DNA of 64,000 nt, from positions 307 through 64,306 of the forward strand of contig JBHGNT010000156.1 in the NCBI GenBank assembly GCA_043228905.1, given 5' to 3'. The stretch is from Azolla caroliniana. Lineage: Eukaryota; Plantae; Polypodiophyta. A program made the translations under genes and the position numbers. The notes beneath the pieces were generated by a model. That model saw only the letters and a program-made list of their open reading frames with translations. It searched no databases and had not been told where the DNA came from. The first letter of the stretch is position 1. Each line of letters opens with the position of its first letter. Below are positions 52,601-64,000 of this stretch, piece by piece.

Positions 52601-55600
52601 TCATGTTTGCTAATTTCGTCATGTCTCTCCACCTGAGTTTCAAAATCTTGATTTATTAATTCCATATCATAGCTAGCGTTGGTAGCTTCGATTTGCATGT
52701 TTGAACACAAAAATCCGATATCACACGAGCCAGGTATGAACATTTTAATTTACTCAAGGGCTCCTCTCAACTCACTACTCATGTTTGCTAATTTCGTCAT
52801 GTCTCTCGACCTGATTTTCAAAATCTTGATTTTTGAATTCCATATCATAGCTAGCGTTGTTAGCTTCGATTCGCATGTTTGAACACAAAAATCCGATATC
52901 ACACGAGCCAGGTATGAACATTTTAATTTACTCAAGCGCTCCTCTCAACTCACTACTCATATTTGCTAATTTCGTCATGTCTCTCGACCTGAGTTTCAAA
53001 ATCTTGATTTTCTAATTCCATATCATAGCTAGCGTTGTTAGCTTCGATTCGCATGTTTGAACACAAAAATCCGATATCACACGAGCCAGGTATGAACATT
53101 TTAATTTACTCAAGCGCTCCTCTCAACTCACTACTCATGTTTGCTAATTTCGTCATGTCTCTCGACCTGAATTTCAAAATCTTGATTTTTGAATTCCATA
53201 TCATAGCTAGCGTTGGTAGCTTTGATTCGCATGTTTGAACACAAAAATCCGATATCACACGAGCCAGGTATGAACATTTTAATTTACTCAAGCGCTCCTC
53301 TCCACTCACTCCTCATGTTTGCTAATTTCGTCATGTCTCTCGACCTGAGTTTGAAAATCTTGATTTTTGAATTCCATATCATAGCTAGGGTTGTTAGCTT
53401 TGATTCGCATGTTTGAACACAAAAATCCGATATCACACGAGCCAGGTATGAACATTTTAATTTACTCAAGGGCTGCTCTCAACTCACTCCTCAAATTTGG
53501 TAATTTCATCATGTCTCTCGACCTGAGTTTCAAAATCTTGATTTTTGAATTCCATATCATAGCTAGCGTTGTTAGCTTCGATTCGCATGTTTGAACACAA
53601 AAATCCGATATCACACGAGCCAGGTATGAACATTTTAATTTACTCAAGGGCTCCTCTCAACTCACTACTCATGTTTGCTAATTTCGTCATGTCTCTCGAC
53701 CTGAGTTTGAAAATCTTGATTTATTAATTCCATATCATAGCTAGCGTTGGTAGCTTCGATTCGCATGTTTGAACACAAAAATCCGATATCACACGAGCCA
53801 GGTATGAACATTTTAATTTACTCAAGGGCTCCTCTCAACTCACTACTCATGTTTGCTAATTTCGTCATGTCTCTCGACCTGAGTTTCAAAATCTTGATTT
53901 TTGAATTCCATATCATAGCTAGCGTTGTTAGCTTCGATTCGCATGTTTGAACACAAAAATCCGATATCACACGAGCCAGGTATGAACATTTTAATTTACT
54001 CAAGCGCTCCTCTCAACTCACTACTCATATTTGCTAATTTCGTCATGTCTCTCGACCTGAGTTTCAAAATCTTGATTTTCTAATTCCATATCATAGCTAG
54101 CGTTGTTAGCTTCGATTCGCATGTTTGAACACAAAAATCCGATATCACACGAGCCAGGTATGAACATTTTAATTTACTCAAGGGCTGCTCTCAACTCACT
54201 ACTCATGTTTGCTAATTTCGTCATGTCTCTCGACCTGAATTTCAAAATCTTGATTTTTGAATTCCATATCATAGCTAGCGTTGGTAGCTTTGATTCGCAT
54301 GTTTGAACACAAATATCCGATATCACACGAGCCAGGTATGAACATTTTAATTTACTCAAGCGCTCCTCTCAACTCACTCCTCATGTTTGCTAATTTCGTC
54401 ATGTCTCTCGACCTGAGTTTGAAAATCTTGATTTTTGAATTCCATATCATAGCTAGGGTTGTTAGCTTTGATTCGCATGTTTGAACACAAAAATCCGATA
54501 TCACACGAGCCAGGTATGAACATTTTAATTTACTCAAGGGCTGCTCTCAACTCACTCCTCAAATTTGGTAATTTCATCATGTCTCTCGACCTGAGTTTCA
54601 AAATCTTGATTTATTAATTCCATATCATAGCTACCGTTGTTAGCTTCGATTCGCATGTTTGAACACAAAAATCCGATATCACACGAGCCAGGTATGGACA
54701 TTTTAATTTACTCAAGGGCTCCTCTCAACTCACTACTCATGTTTGCTAATTTCGTCATGTCTCTCGACCTGAGTTTCAAAATCTTGATTTATTAATTCCA
54801 TATCATAGCTAGCGTTGGTAGCTTCGATTCGCATGTTTGAACACAAAAATCCGATATCACACGAGCCAGGTATGAACATTTTAATTTACTCAAGGGCTCC
54901 TCTCAACTCACTACTCATGTTTGCTAATTTCGTCATGTCTCTCGACCTGAGTTTCAAAATCTTGATTTTTGAATTCCATATCATAGCTAGCGTTGTTAGC
55001 TTCGATTCGCATGTTTGAACACAAAAATCCGATATCACACGAGCCAGGTATGAACATTTTAATTTACTCAAGCGCTCCTCTCAACTCACTACTCATATTT
55101 GCTAATTTCGTCATGTCTCTCGACCTGAGTTTCAAAATCTTGATTTTCTAATTCCATATCATAGCTAGCGTTGTTAGCTTCGATTCGCATGTTTGAACAC
55201 AAAAATCCGATATCACACGAGCCAGGTATGAACATTTTAATTTACTCAAGGGCTGCTCTCAACTCACTACTCATGTTTGCTAATTTCGTCATGTCTCTCG
55301 ACCTGAATTTCAAAATCTTGATTTTTGAATTCCATATCATAGCTAGCGTTGGTAGCTTTGATTCGCATGTTTGAACACAAATATCCGATATCACACGAGC
55401 CAGGTATGAACATTTTAATTTACTCAAGCGCTCCTCTCAACTCACTCCTCATGTTTGCTAATTTCGTCATGTCTCTCGACCTGAGTTTGAAAATCTTGAT
55501 TTTTGAATTCCATATCATAGCTAGGGTTGTTAGCTTTGATTCGCATGTTTGAACACAAAAATCCGATATCACACGAGCCAGGTATGAACATTTTAATTTA

Positions 55601-55700
55601 CTCAAGGGTTGCTCTCAACTCACTCCTCAAATTTGGTAATTTCATCATGTCTCTCGACCTGAGTTTCAAAATCTTGATTTATTAATTCCATATCATAGCT
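49660..55700. repeat. 6-monomer HOR (1068 bp) with partial 12-mer superstructure
   Basis: ctcatAtttgc at 49757, 50825, 51893, 52961, 54029 and 55097; gacctgaTtttc recurs at +2136 (ORFs 50543/52679). Confidence 0.87.
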
Positions 55701-58700
55701 ACCGTTGTTAGCTTCGATTCGCATGTTTGAACACAAAAATCCGATATCACACGAGCCAGGTATGGACATTTTAATTTACTCAAGGGCTCCTGTCAACTCA
55801 CTACTCATGTTTGCTAATTTCGTCATGTCTCTCCACCTGAGTTTCAAAATCTTGATTTTTGAATTCCATATCATAGCTAGCGTTGTTAGCTTCGATTCGC
55901 ATGTTTGAACACAAAAATCGGATATTACACGCGCTAGGTATGAACATTTTAATTTACTCAAGGGCTGCTCTCAACTCACTACTCATGTTTGCTAATTTCG
56001 TCATGTCTCTCCACCTGAGTTTCAAAATCTTGATTTTTGAATTCCATATCATAGCTAGCGTTGTTAGCTTTGATTCGCATGTTTGAACACAAAAATCCGA
56101 TATCACACGAGCCAGGTATGAACATTTTAATTTACTCAAGGGCTCCTCTCAACTCACTACTCATGTTTGCTAATTTCGTCATGTCTCTCCACCTGAGTTT
56201 CAAAATCTTGATTTTTGAATTCCATATCATAGCTAGCGTTGTTAGCTTCGATTCGCATGTTTGAACACAAAAATCGGATATTACACGCGCTAGGTATGAA
56301 CATTTTAATTTACTCAAGGGCTGCTCTCAACTCACTACTCATGTTTGGTAATTTCATCATGTCTCTCGACCTGAGTTTCAAAATCTTGATTTATTAATTC
56401 CATATCATAGCTAGCGTTGTTACCTTCGATTCGCATGTTTGAACACAAAAATCCGATATCACACGAGCCAGGTATGAACATTTTAATTTACTCAAGGGCT
56501 CCTCTCAACTCACTACTCATGTTTGCTAATTTCGTCATGTCTCTCGACCTGAGTTTCAAAATCTTGATTTTTGAATTCCATATCATAGCTAGCGTTGTTA
56601 GCTTCGATTCGCATGTTTGAACACAAACATCTGATATCACACGAGCCAGGTATGAACATTTACATTTACCCACTAGCTCTTCTCAACTCACTCCTCAAAT
56701 TTGGTAATTTCGTCATGTCTCTCGACCTGAGTTTCAAAATCTTGATTTATTAATTCCATATCATAGCTAGCGTTGTTAGCTTCGATTCGCATGTTTGAAC
56801 AGAAAAATTCGATATCACACGAGCCAGGTATGAACATTTTAATTTAGTCAAGGGCTCCTCTCAACTCCCTCCTCAAGTTTGCTAATTTCGTCATGTCTCT
56901 CGACCTGAGTTTCAAAATCTTGATTTTTGAATTCCATATCATAGCTAGCGTTGTTAGCTTCGATTCGCATGTTTGAACACAAAAATCCGATATCACACGA
57001 GCCAGGTATGAACATTTTAATTTACTCAAGGGTTCCTCTCAACTCACTCCTCAAATTTGGTAATTTCATCATGTCTCTCGACCTGAGTTTCAAAATCTTG
57101 ATTTATTAATTCCATATCATAGCTAGCGTTGTTAGCTTCGATTCGCATGTTTGAACACAAAAATCCGATATCACACGAGCCAGGTATGAACATTTTAATT
57201 TACTCAAGCGCTCCTCTCAACTCACTACTCATGTTTGCTAATTTCGTCATGTCTCCTGACCTGAGTTTCAAAATCTTGATTTTCTAATTCCATATCATAG
57301 CTACCGTTGTTAGCTTCGATTCGCATGTTTGAACACAAAAATCCGATATCACACGAGCCAGGTATGAACATTTTAATTTACTCAAGGGCTCCTGTCAACT
57401 CACTACTCATGTTTGCTAATTTCGTCATGTCTCTCCACCTGAGTTTCAAAATCTTGATTTTTGAATTCCATATCATAGCTAGCGTTGTTAGCTTCGATTC
57501 GCATGTTTGAACACAAAAATCGGATATTACACGCGCTAGGTATGAACATTTTAATTTACTCAAGGGCTGCTCTCAACTCACTACTCATGTTTGCTAATTT
57601 CGTCATGTCTCTCCACCTGAGTTTCAAAATCTTGATTTTTGAATTCCATATCATAGCTAGCGTTGTTAGCTTTGATTCGCATGTTTGAACACAAAAATCC
57701 GATATCACACGAGCCAGGTATGAACATTTTAATTTACTCAAGGGCTCCTCTCAACTCACTACTCATGTTTGCTAATTTCGTCATGTCTCTCCACCTGAGT
57801 TTCAAAATCTTGATTTTTGAATTCCATATCATAGCTAGCGTTGTTAGCTTCGATTCGCATGTTTGAACACAAAAATCGGATATTACACGCGCTAGGTATG
57901 AACATTTTAATTTACTCAAGGGCTGCTCTCAACTCACTACTCATGTTTGCTAATTTCGTCATGTCTCTCGACCTGAGTTTCAAAATCTTGATTTTTGAAT
58001 TCCATATCATAGCTAGCGTTGGTAGCTTCCATTCGCATGTTTGAACACAAAAATCCGATATCACACGAGCCAGGTATGAACATTTTAATTTACTCAAGGG
58101 GTGCTCACAACTCACTACTCATGTTTGCTAATTTCGTCATGTCTCTCGACCTGAGTTTCAAAATCTTGATTTTTGAATTCCATAACATAGGTAGCGTTGT
58201 TAGCTTCGATTCGCATGTTTGAACACAAAAAGCCGATATCACACGAGCCAGGTATGACCATTTTAATTTACTCAAGGGCTCCTCTTAGCTCACTCCTCAA
58301 ATTTGGTAATTTCATCATGTCTCTCGACCTGAGTTTCAAAATCTTGATTTTTGAATTGCATATAATAGCTAGCGTTGTTAGCTTCGATTCGCATGTTTGA
58401 ACACAAAAATCGGATATCACACGAGCCAGGTATGAACATTTTAATTTACTCAAGCGCTCCTCTCAACTCACTACTCATGTTTGCTAATTTCGTCATGTCT
58501 CTCGACCTGAGTTTCAAAATCTTGATTTTCTAATTCCATATCATAGCTACCGTTGTTTGCTTCGATTCGCATGTTTGAACACAACAATCCGATATCACAC
58601 GAGCCAGGTATGGACATTTTAATTTACTCAAGGGCTCCTGTCAACTCACTACTCATGTTTGCTAATTTCGTCATGTCTCTCCACCTGAGTTTCAAAATCT

Positions 58701-61700
58701 TGATTTTTGAATTCCATATCATAGCTAGCGTTGTTAGCTTCGATTCGCATGTTTGAACACAAAAATCGGATATTACACGCGCTAGGTATGAACATTTTAA
58801 TTTACTCAAGGGCTGCTCTCAACTCACTACTCATGTTTGCTAATTTCGTCATGTCTCTCCACCTGAGTTTCAAAATCTTGATTTTTGAATTCCATATCAT
58901 AGCTAGCGTTGTTAGCTTCGATTCGCATGTTTGAACACAAAAATCCGATATCACACGAGCCAGGTATGAACATTTTAATTTACTCAAGCGCTCCTCTCAA
59001 CTCACTACTCATATTTGCTAATTTCGTCATGTCTCTCGACCTGAGTTTCAAAATCTTGATTTTCTAATTCCATATCATAGCTAGCGTTGTTAGCTTCGAT
59101 TCGCATGTTTGAACACAAAAATCCGATATCACACGAGCCAGGTATGAACATTTTAATTTACTCAAGGGCTGCTCTCAACTCACTACTCATGTTTGCTAAT
59201 TTCGTCATGTCTCTCGACCTGAATTTCAAAATCTTGATTTTTGAATTCCATATCATAGCTAGCGTTGGTAGCTTTTATTCGCATGTTTGAACACAAATAT
59301 CCGATATCACACGAGCCAGGTATGAACATTTTAATTTACTCAAGCGCTCCTCTCAACTCACTCCTCATGTTTGCTAATTTCGTCATGTCTCTCGACCTGA
59401 GTTTGAAAATCTTGATTTTTGAATTCCATATCATAGCTAGGGTTGTTAGCTTTGATTCGCATGTTTGAACACAAAAATCCGATATCACACGAGCCAGGTA
59501 TGAACATTTTAATTTACTCAAGGGTTGCTCTCAACTCACTCCTCAAATTTGGTAATTTCATCATGTCTCTCGACCTGAGTTTCAAAATCTTGATTTATTA
59601 ATTCCATATCATAGCTACCGTTGTTAGCTTCGATTCGCATGTTTGAACACAAAAATCCGATATCACACGAGCCAGGTATGGACATTTTAATTTACTCAAG
59701 GGCTCCTGTCAACTCACTACTCATGTTTGCTAATTTCGTCATGTCTCTCCACCTGAGTTTCAAAATCTTGATTTTTGAATTCCATATCATAGCTAGCGTT
59801 GTTAGCTTCGATTCGCATGTTTGAACACAAAAATCGGATATTACACGCGCTAGGTATGAACATTTTAATTTACTCAAGGGCTGCTCTCAACTCACTACTC
59901 ATGTTTGCTAATTTCGTCATGTCTCTCCACCTGAGTTTCAAAATCTTGATTTTTGAATTCCATATCATAGCTAGCGTTGTTAGCTTTGATTCGCATGTTT
60001 GAACACAAAAATCCGATATCACACGAGCCAGGTATGAACATTTTAATTTACTCAAGGGCTCCTCTCAACTCACTACTCATGTTTGCTAATTTCGTCATGT
60101 CTCTCCACCTGAGTTTCAAAATCTTGATTTTTGAATTCCATATCATAGCTAGCGTTGTTAGCTTCGATTCGCATGTTTGAACACAAAAATCGGATATTAC
60201 ACGCGCTAGGTATGAACATTTTAATTTACTCAAGGGCTGCTCTCAACTCACTACTCATGTTTGGTAATTTCATCATGTCTCTCGACCTGAGTTTCAAAAT
60301 CTTGATTTATTAATTCCATATCATAGCTAGCGTTGTTACCTTCGATTCGCATGTTTGAACACAAAAATCCGATATCACACGAGCCAGGTATGAACATTTT
60401 AATTTACTCAAGGGGTGCTCACAACTCACTACTCATGTTTGCTAATTTCGTCATGTCTCTCGACCTGAGTTTCAAAATCTTGATTTTTGAATTCCATATC
60501 ATAGCTAGCGTTGGTAGCTTCCATTCGCATGTTTGAACACAAAAATCCGATATCACACGAGCCAGGTATGAACATTTTAATTTACTCAAGGGGTGCTCAC
60601 AACTCACTACTCATGTTTGCTAATTTCGTCATGTCTCTCGACCTGAGTTTCAAAATCTTGATTTTTGAATTCCATAACATAGGTAGCGTTGTTAGCTTCG
60701 ATTCGCATGTTTGAACACAAAAAGCCGATATCACACGAGCCAGGTATGACCATTTTAATTTACTCAAGGGCTCCTCTTAGCTCACTCCTCAAATTTGGTA
60801 ATTTCATCATGTCTCTCGACCTGAGTTTCAAAATCTTGATTTTTGAATTGCATATAATAGCTAGCGTTGTTAGCTTCGATTCGCATGTTTGAACACAAAA
60901 ATCGGATATCACACGAGCCAGGTATGAACATTTTAATTTACTCAAGCGCTCCTCTCAACTCACTACTCATGTTTGCTAATTTCGTCATGTCTCTCGACCT
61001 GAGTTTCAAAATCTTGATTTTCTAATTCCATATCATAGCTACCGTTGTTTGCTTCGATTCGCATGTTTGAACACAACAATCCGATATCACACGAGCCAGG
61101 TATGGACATTTTAATTTACTCAAGGGCTCCTGTCAACTCACTACTCATGTTTGCTAATTTCGTCATGTCTCTCCACCTGAGTTTCAAAATCTTGATTTTT
61201 GAATTCCATATCATAGCTAGCGTTGTTAGCTTCGATTCGCATGTTTGAACACAAAAATCGGATATTACACGCGCTAGGTATGAACATTTTAATTTACTCA
61301 AGGGCTGCTCTCAACTCACTACTCATGTTTGCTAATTTCGTCATGTCTCTCCACCTGAGTTTCAAAATCTTGATTTTTGAATTCCATATCATAGCTAGCG
61401 TTGTTAGCTTCGATTCGCATGTTTGAACACAAAAATCCGATATCACACGAGCCAGGTATGAACATTTTAATTTACTCAAGCGCTCCTCTCAACTCACTAC
61501 TCATATTTGCTAATTTCGTCATGTCTCTCGACCTGAGTTTCAAAATCTTGATTTTCTAATTCCATATCATAGCTAGCGTTGTTAGCTTCGATTCGCATGT
61601 TTGAACACAAAAATCCGATATCACACGAGCCAGGTATGAACATTTTAATTTACTCAAGGGCTGCTCTCAACTCACTACTCATGTTTGCTAATTTCGTCAT

Positions 61701-64000
61701 GTCTCTCGACCTGAATTTCAAAATCTTGATTTTTGAATTCCATATCATAGCTAGCGTTGGTAGCTTTGATTCGCATGTTTGAACACAAATATCCGATATC
61801 ACACGAGCCAGGTATGAACATTTTAATTTACTCAAGCGCTCCTCTCAACTCACTCCTCATGTTTGCTAATTTCGTCATGTCTCTCGACCTGAGTTTGAAA
61901 ATCTTGATTTTTGAATTCCATATCATAGCTAGGGTTGTTAGCTTTGATTCGCATGTTTGAACACAAAAATCCGATATCACACGAGCCAGGTATGAACATT
62001 TTAATTTACTCAAGGGTTGCTCTCAACTCACTCCTCAAATTTGGTAATTTCATCATGTCTCTCGACCTGAGTTTCAAAATCTTGATTTATTAATTCCATA
62101 TCATAGCTACCGTTGTTAGCTTCGATTCGCATGTTTGAACACAAAAATCCGATATCACACGAGCCAGGTATGGACATTTTAATTTACTCAAGGGCTCCTG
62201 TCAACTCACTACTCATGTTTGCTAATTTCGTCATGTCTCTCCACCTGAGTTTCAAAATCTTGATTTTTGAATTCCATATCATAGCTAGCGTTGTTAGCTT
62301 CGATTCGCATGTTTGAACACAAAAATCGGATATTACACGCGCTAGGTATGAACATTTTAATTTACTCAAGGGCTGCTCTCAACTCACTACTCATGTTTGC
62401 TAATTTCGTCATGTCTCTCCACCTGAGTTTCAAAATCTTGATTTTTGAATTCCATATCATAGCTAGCGTTGTTAGCTTTGATTCGCATGTTTGAACACAA
62501 AAATCCGATATCACACGAGCCAGGTATGAACATTTTAATTTACTCAAGGGCTCCTCTCAACTCACTACTCATGTTTGCTAATTTCGTCATGTCTCTCCAC
62601 CTGAGTTTCAAAATCTTGATTTTTGAATTCCATATCATAGCTAGCGTTGTTAGCTTCGATTCGCATGTTTGAACACAAAAATCGGATATTACACGCGCTA
62701 GGTATGAACATTTTAATTTACTCAAGGGCTGCTCTCAACTCACTACTCATGTTTGGTAATTTCATCATGTCTCTCGACCTGAGTTTCAAAATCTTGATTT
62801 ATTAATTCCATATCATAGCTAGCGTTGTTACCTTCGATTCGCATGTTTGAACACAAAAATCCGATATCACACGAGCCAGGTATGAACATTTTAATTTACT
62901 CAAGGGCTCCTCTCAACTCACTACTCATGTTTGCTAATTTCGTCATGTCTCTCGACCTGAGTTTCAAAATCTTGATTTTTGAATTCCATATCATAGCTAG
63001 CGTTGTTAGCTTCGATTCGCATGTTTGAACACAAACATCTGATATCACACGAGCCAGGTATGAACATTTACATTTACCCACTAGCTCTTCTCAACTCACT
63101 CCTCAAATTTGGTAATTTCGTCATGTCTCTCGACCTGAGTTTCAAAATCTTGATTTATTAATTCCATATCATAGCTAGCGTTGTTAGCTTCGATTCGCAT
63201 GTTTGAACAGAAAAATTCGATATCACACGAGCCAGGTATGAACATTTTAATTTAGTCAAGGGCTCCTCTCAACTCCCTCCTCAAGTTTGCTAATTTCGTC
63301 ATGTCTCTCGACCTGAGTTTCAAAATCTTGATTTTTGAATTCCATATCATAGCTAGCGTTGTTAGCTTCGATTCGCATGTTTGAACACAAAAATCCGATA
63401 TCACACGAGCCAGGTATGAACATTTTAATTTACTCAAGGGTTCCTCTCAACTCACTCCTCAAATTTGGTAATTTCATCATGTCTCTCGACCTGAGTTTCA
63501 AAATCTTGATTTATTAATTCCATATCATAGCTAGCGTTGTTAGCTTCGATTCGCATGTTTGAACACAAAAATCCGATATCACACGAGCCAGGTATGAACA
63601 TTTTAATTTACTCAAGCGCTCCTCTCAACTCACTACTCATGTTTGCTAATTTCGTCATGTCTCCTGACCTGAGTTTCAAAATCTTGATTTTCTAATTCCA
63701 TATCATAGCTACCGTTGTTAGCTTCGATTCGCATGTTTGAACACAAAAATCCGATATCACACGAGCCAGGTATGAACATTTTAATTTACTCAAGGGCTCC
63801 TGTCAACTCACTACTCATGTTTGCTAATTTCGTCATGTCTCTCCACCTGAGTTTCAAAATCTTGATTTTTGAATTCCATATCATAGCTAGCGTTGTTAGC
63901 TTCGATTCGCATGTTTGAACACAAAAATCGGATATTACACGCGCTAGGTATGAACATTTTAATTTACTCAAGGGCTGCTCTCAACTCACTACTCATGTTT
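54950..64000. repeat. 22-monomer HOR containing a 14-monomer tandem duplication (offsets 3916, 2492, 6408)
   Basis: ctcatAtttgc at 55097, 59013 and 61505; 14-mer pairs 58019/60511, 58553/61045 and 59621/62113 (about 57935-62905); 36-mer pairs 56417/62825 and 57307/63715. Confidence 0.83.

Larger units (their letters stand above)
2991..64000. repeat. 178-bp tandem satellite array, about 343 head-to-tail monomers, centromere-like
   Basis: Consensus agggctcctctcaactcactactcatgtttgctaatttcgtcatgtctctcgacctgagtttcaaaatcttgatttttgaattccatatcatagctagcgttgttagcttcgattcgcatgtttgaacacaaaaatccgatatcacacgagccaggtatgaacattttaatttactca. ORF-track offsets are multiples of 178. Single orientation throughout. 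Centromeric function is not demonstrable from sequence. Confidence 0.98.

Noticed and set aside
3091-63971. Hundreds of 61-96 aa ORFs on both strands (MLASIRMFEHK..., MSKLKCSYLAR...)
   Set aside because: They are translations of the 178-bp satellite. The unit is not a multiple of 3, most starts are TTG, stops appear and vanish with single variants, and there is no recognisable domain.
2991-64000. CRISPR-like array or variable-cassette system
   Set aside because: There are no unique spacers. Whole monomers repeat with scattered substitutions, there are no cas genes, and the context is eukaryotic.
2991-64000. Arabidopsis CEN178 with an ATHILA insertion
   Set aside because: Only the length matches. 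The monomer does not resemble CEN178 as I recall it, and the element has a short LTR, a non-tRNA PBS and a sushi-like Gag, unlike ATHILA. A BLAST search would settle this.

Overview
Eukaryotic repetitive DNA with no host genes. Positions 1-2990 hold the 5' part of an apparently intact Ty3/gypsy LTR retrotransposon on the minus strand, probably a Tf1/sushi/Tcn1-like chromovirus. It has a 458-bp 5' LTR (TGTCA...TGACA, 2533-2990), gag with a CCHC knuckle (1246-2436), and a stop-free pol (protease DSG, RT YLDD) that runs off the window start and is missing from the ORF track. Three mechanisms can be read from its sequence: tRNA-independent self-priming (12-nt PBS complementary to the predicted transcript 5' end), a -1 frameshift cassette (G_TTA_AAC, 6-nt spacer, 11-bp stem or pseudoknot), and a long phased heat-shock-element array next to the TATA box. 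The LTR directly abuts a head-to-tail 178-bp satellite array (2991-64000, about 343 monomers) that looks centromere-like but does not resemble Arabidopsis CEN178 as I recall it. The array is divided into higher-order domains: 42-mer x2, an irregular mosaic, diverged relic monomers, 17/13/12-mer, 6/12-mer and 22/14/36-mer. Two templated-filler repair scars occur at nearly the same monomer position. All ORFs beyond 2990 are satellite artefacts. Host and centromere identity are inferences, and all alignments were done by hand.
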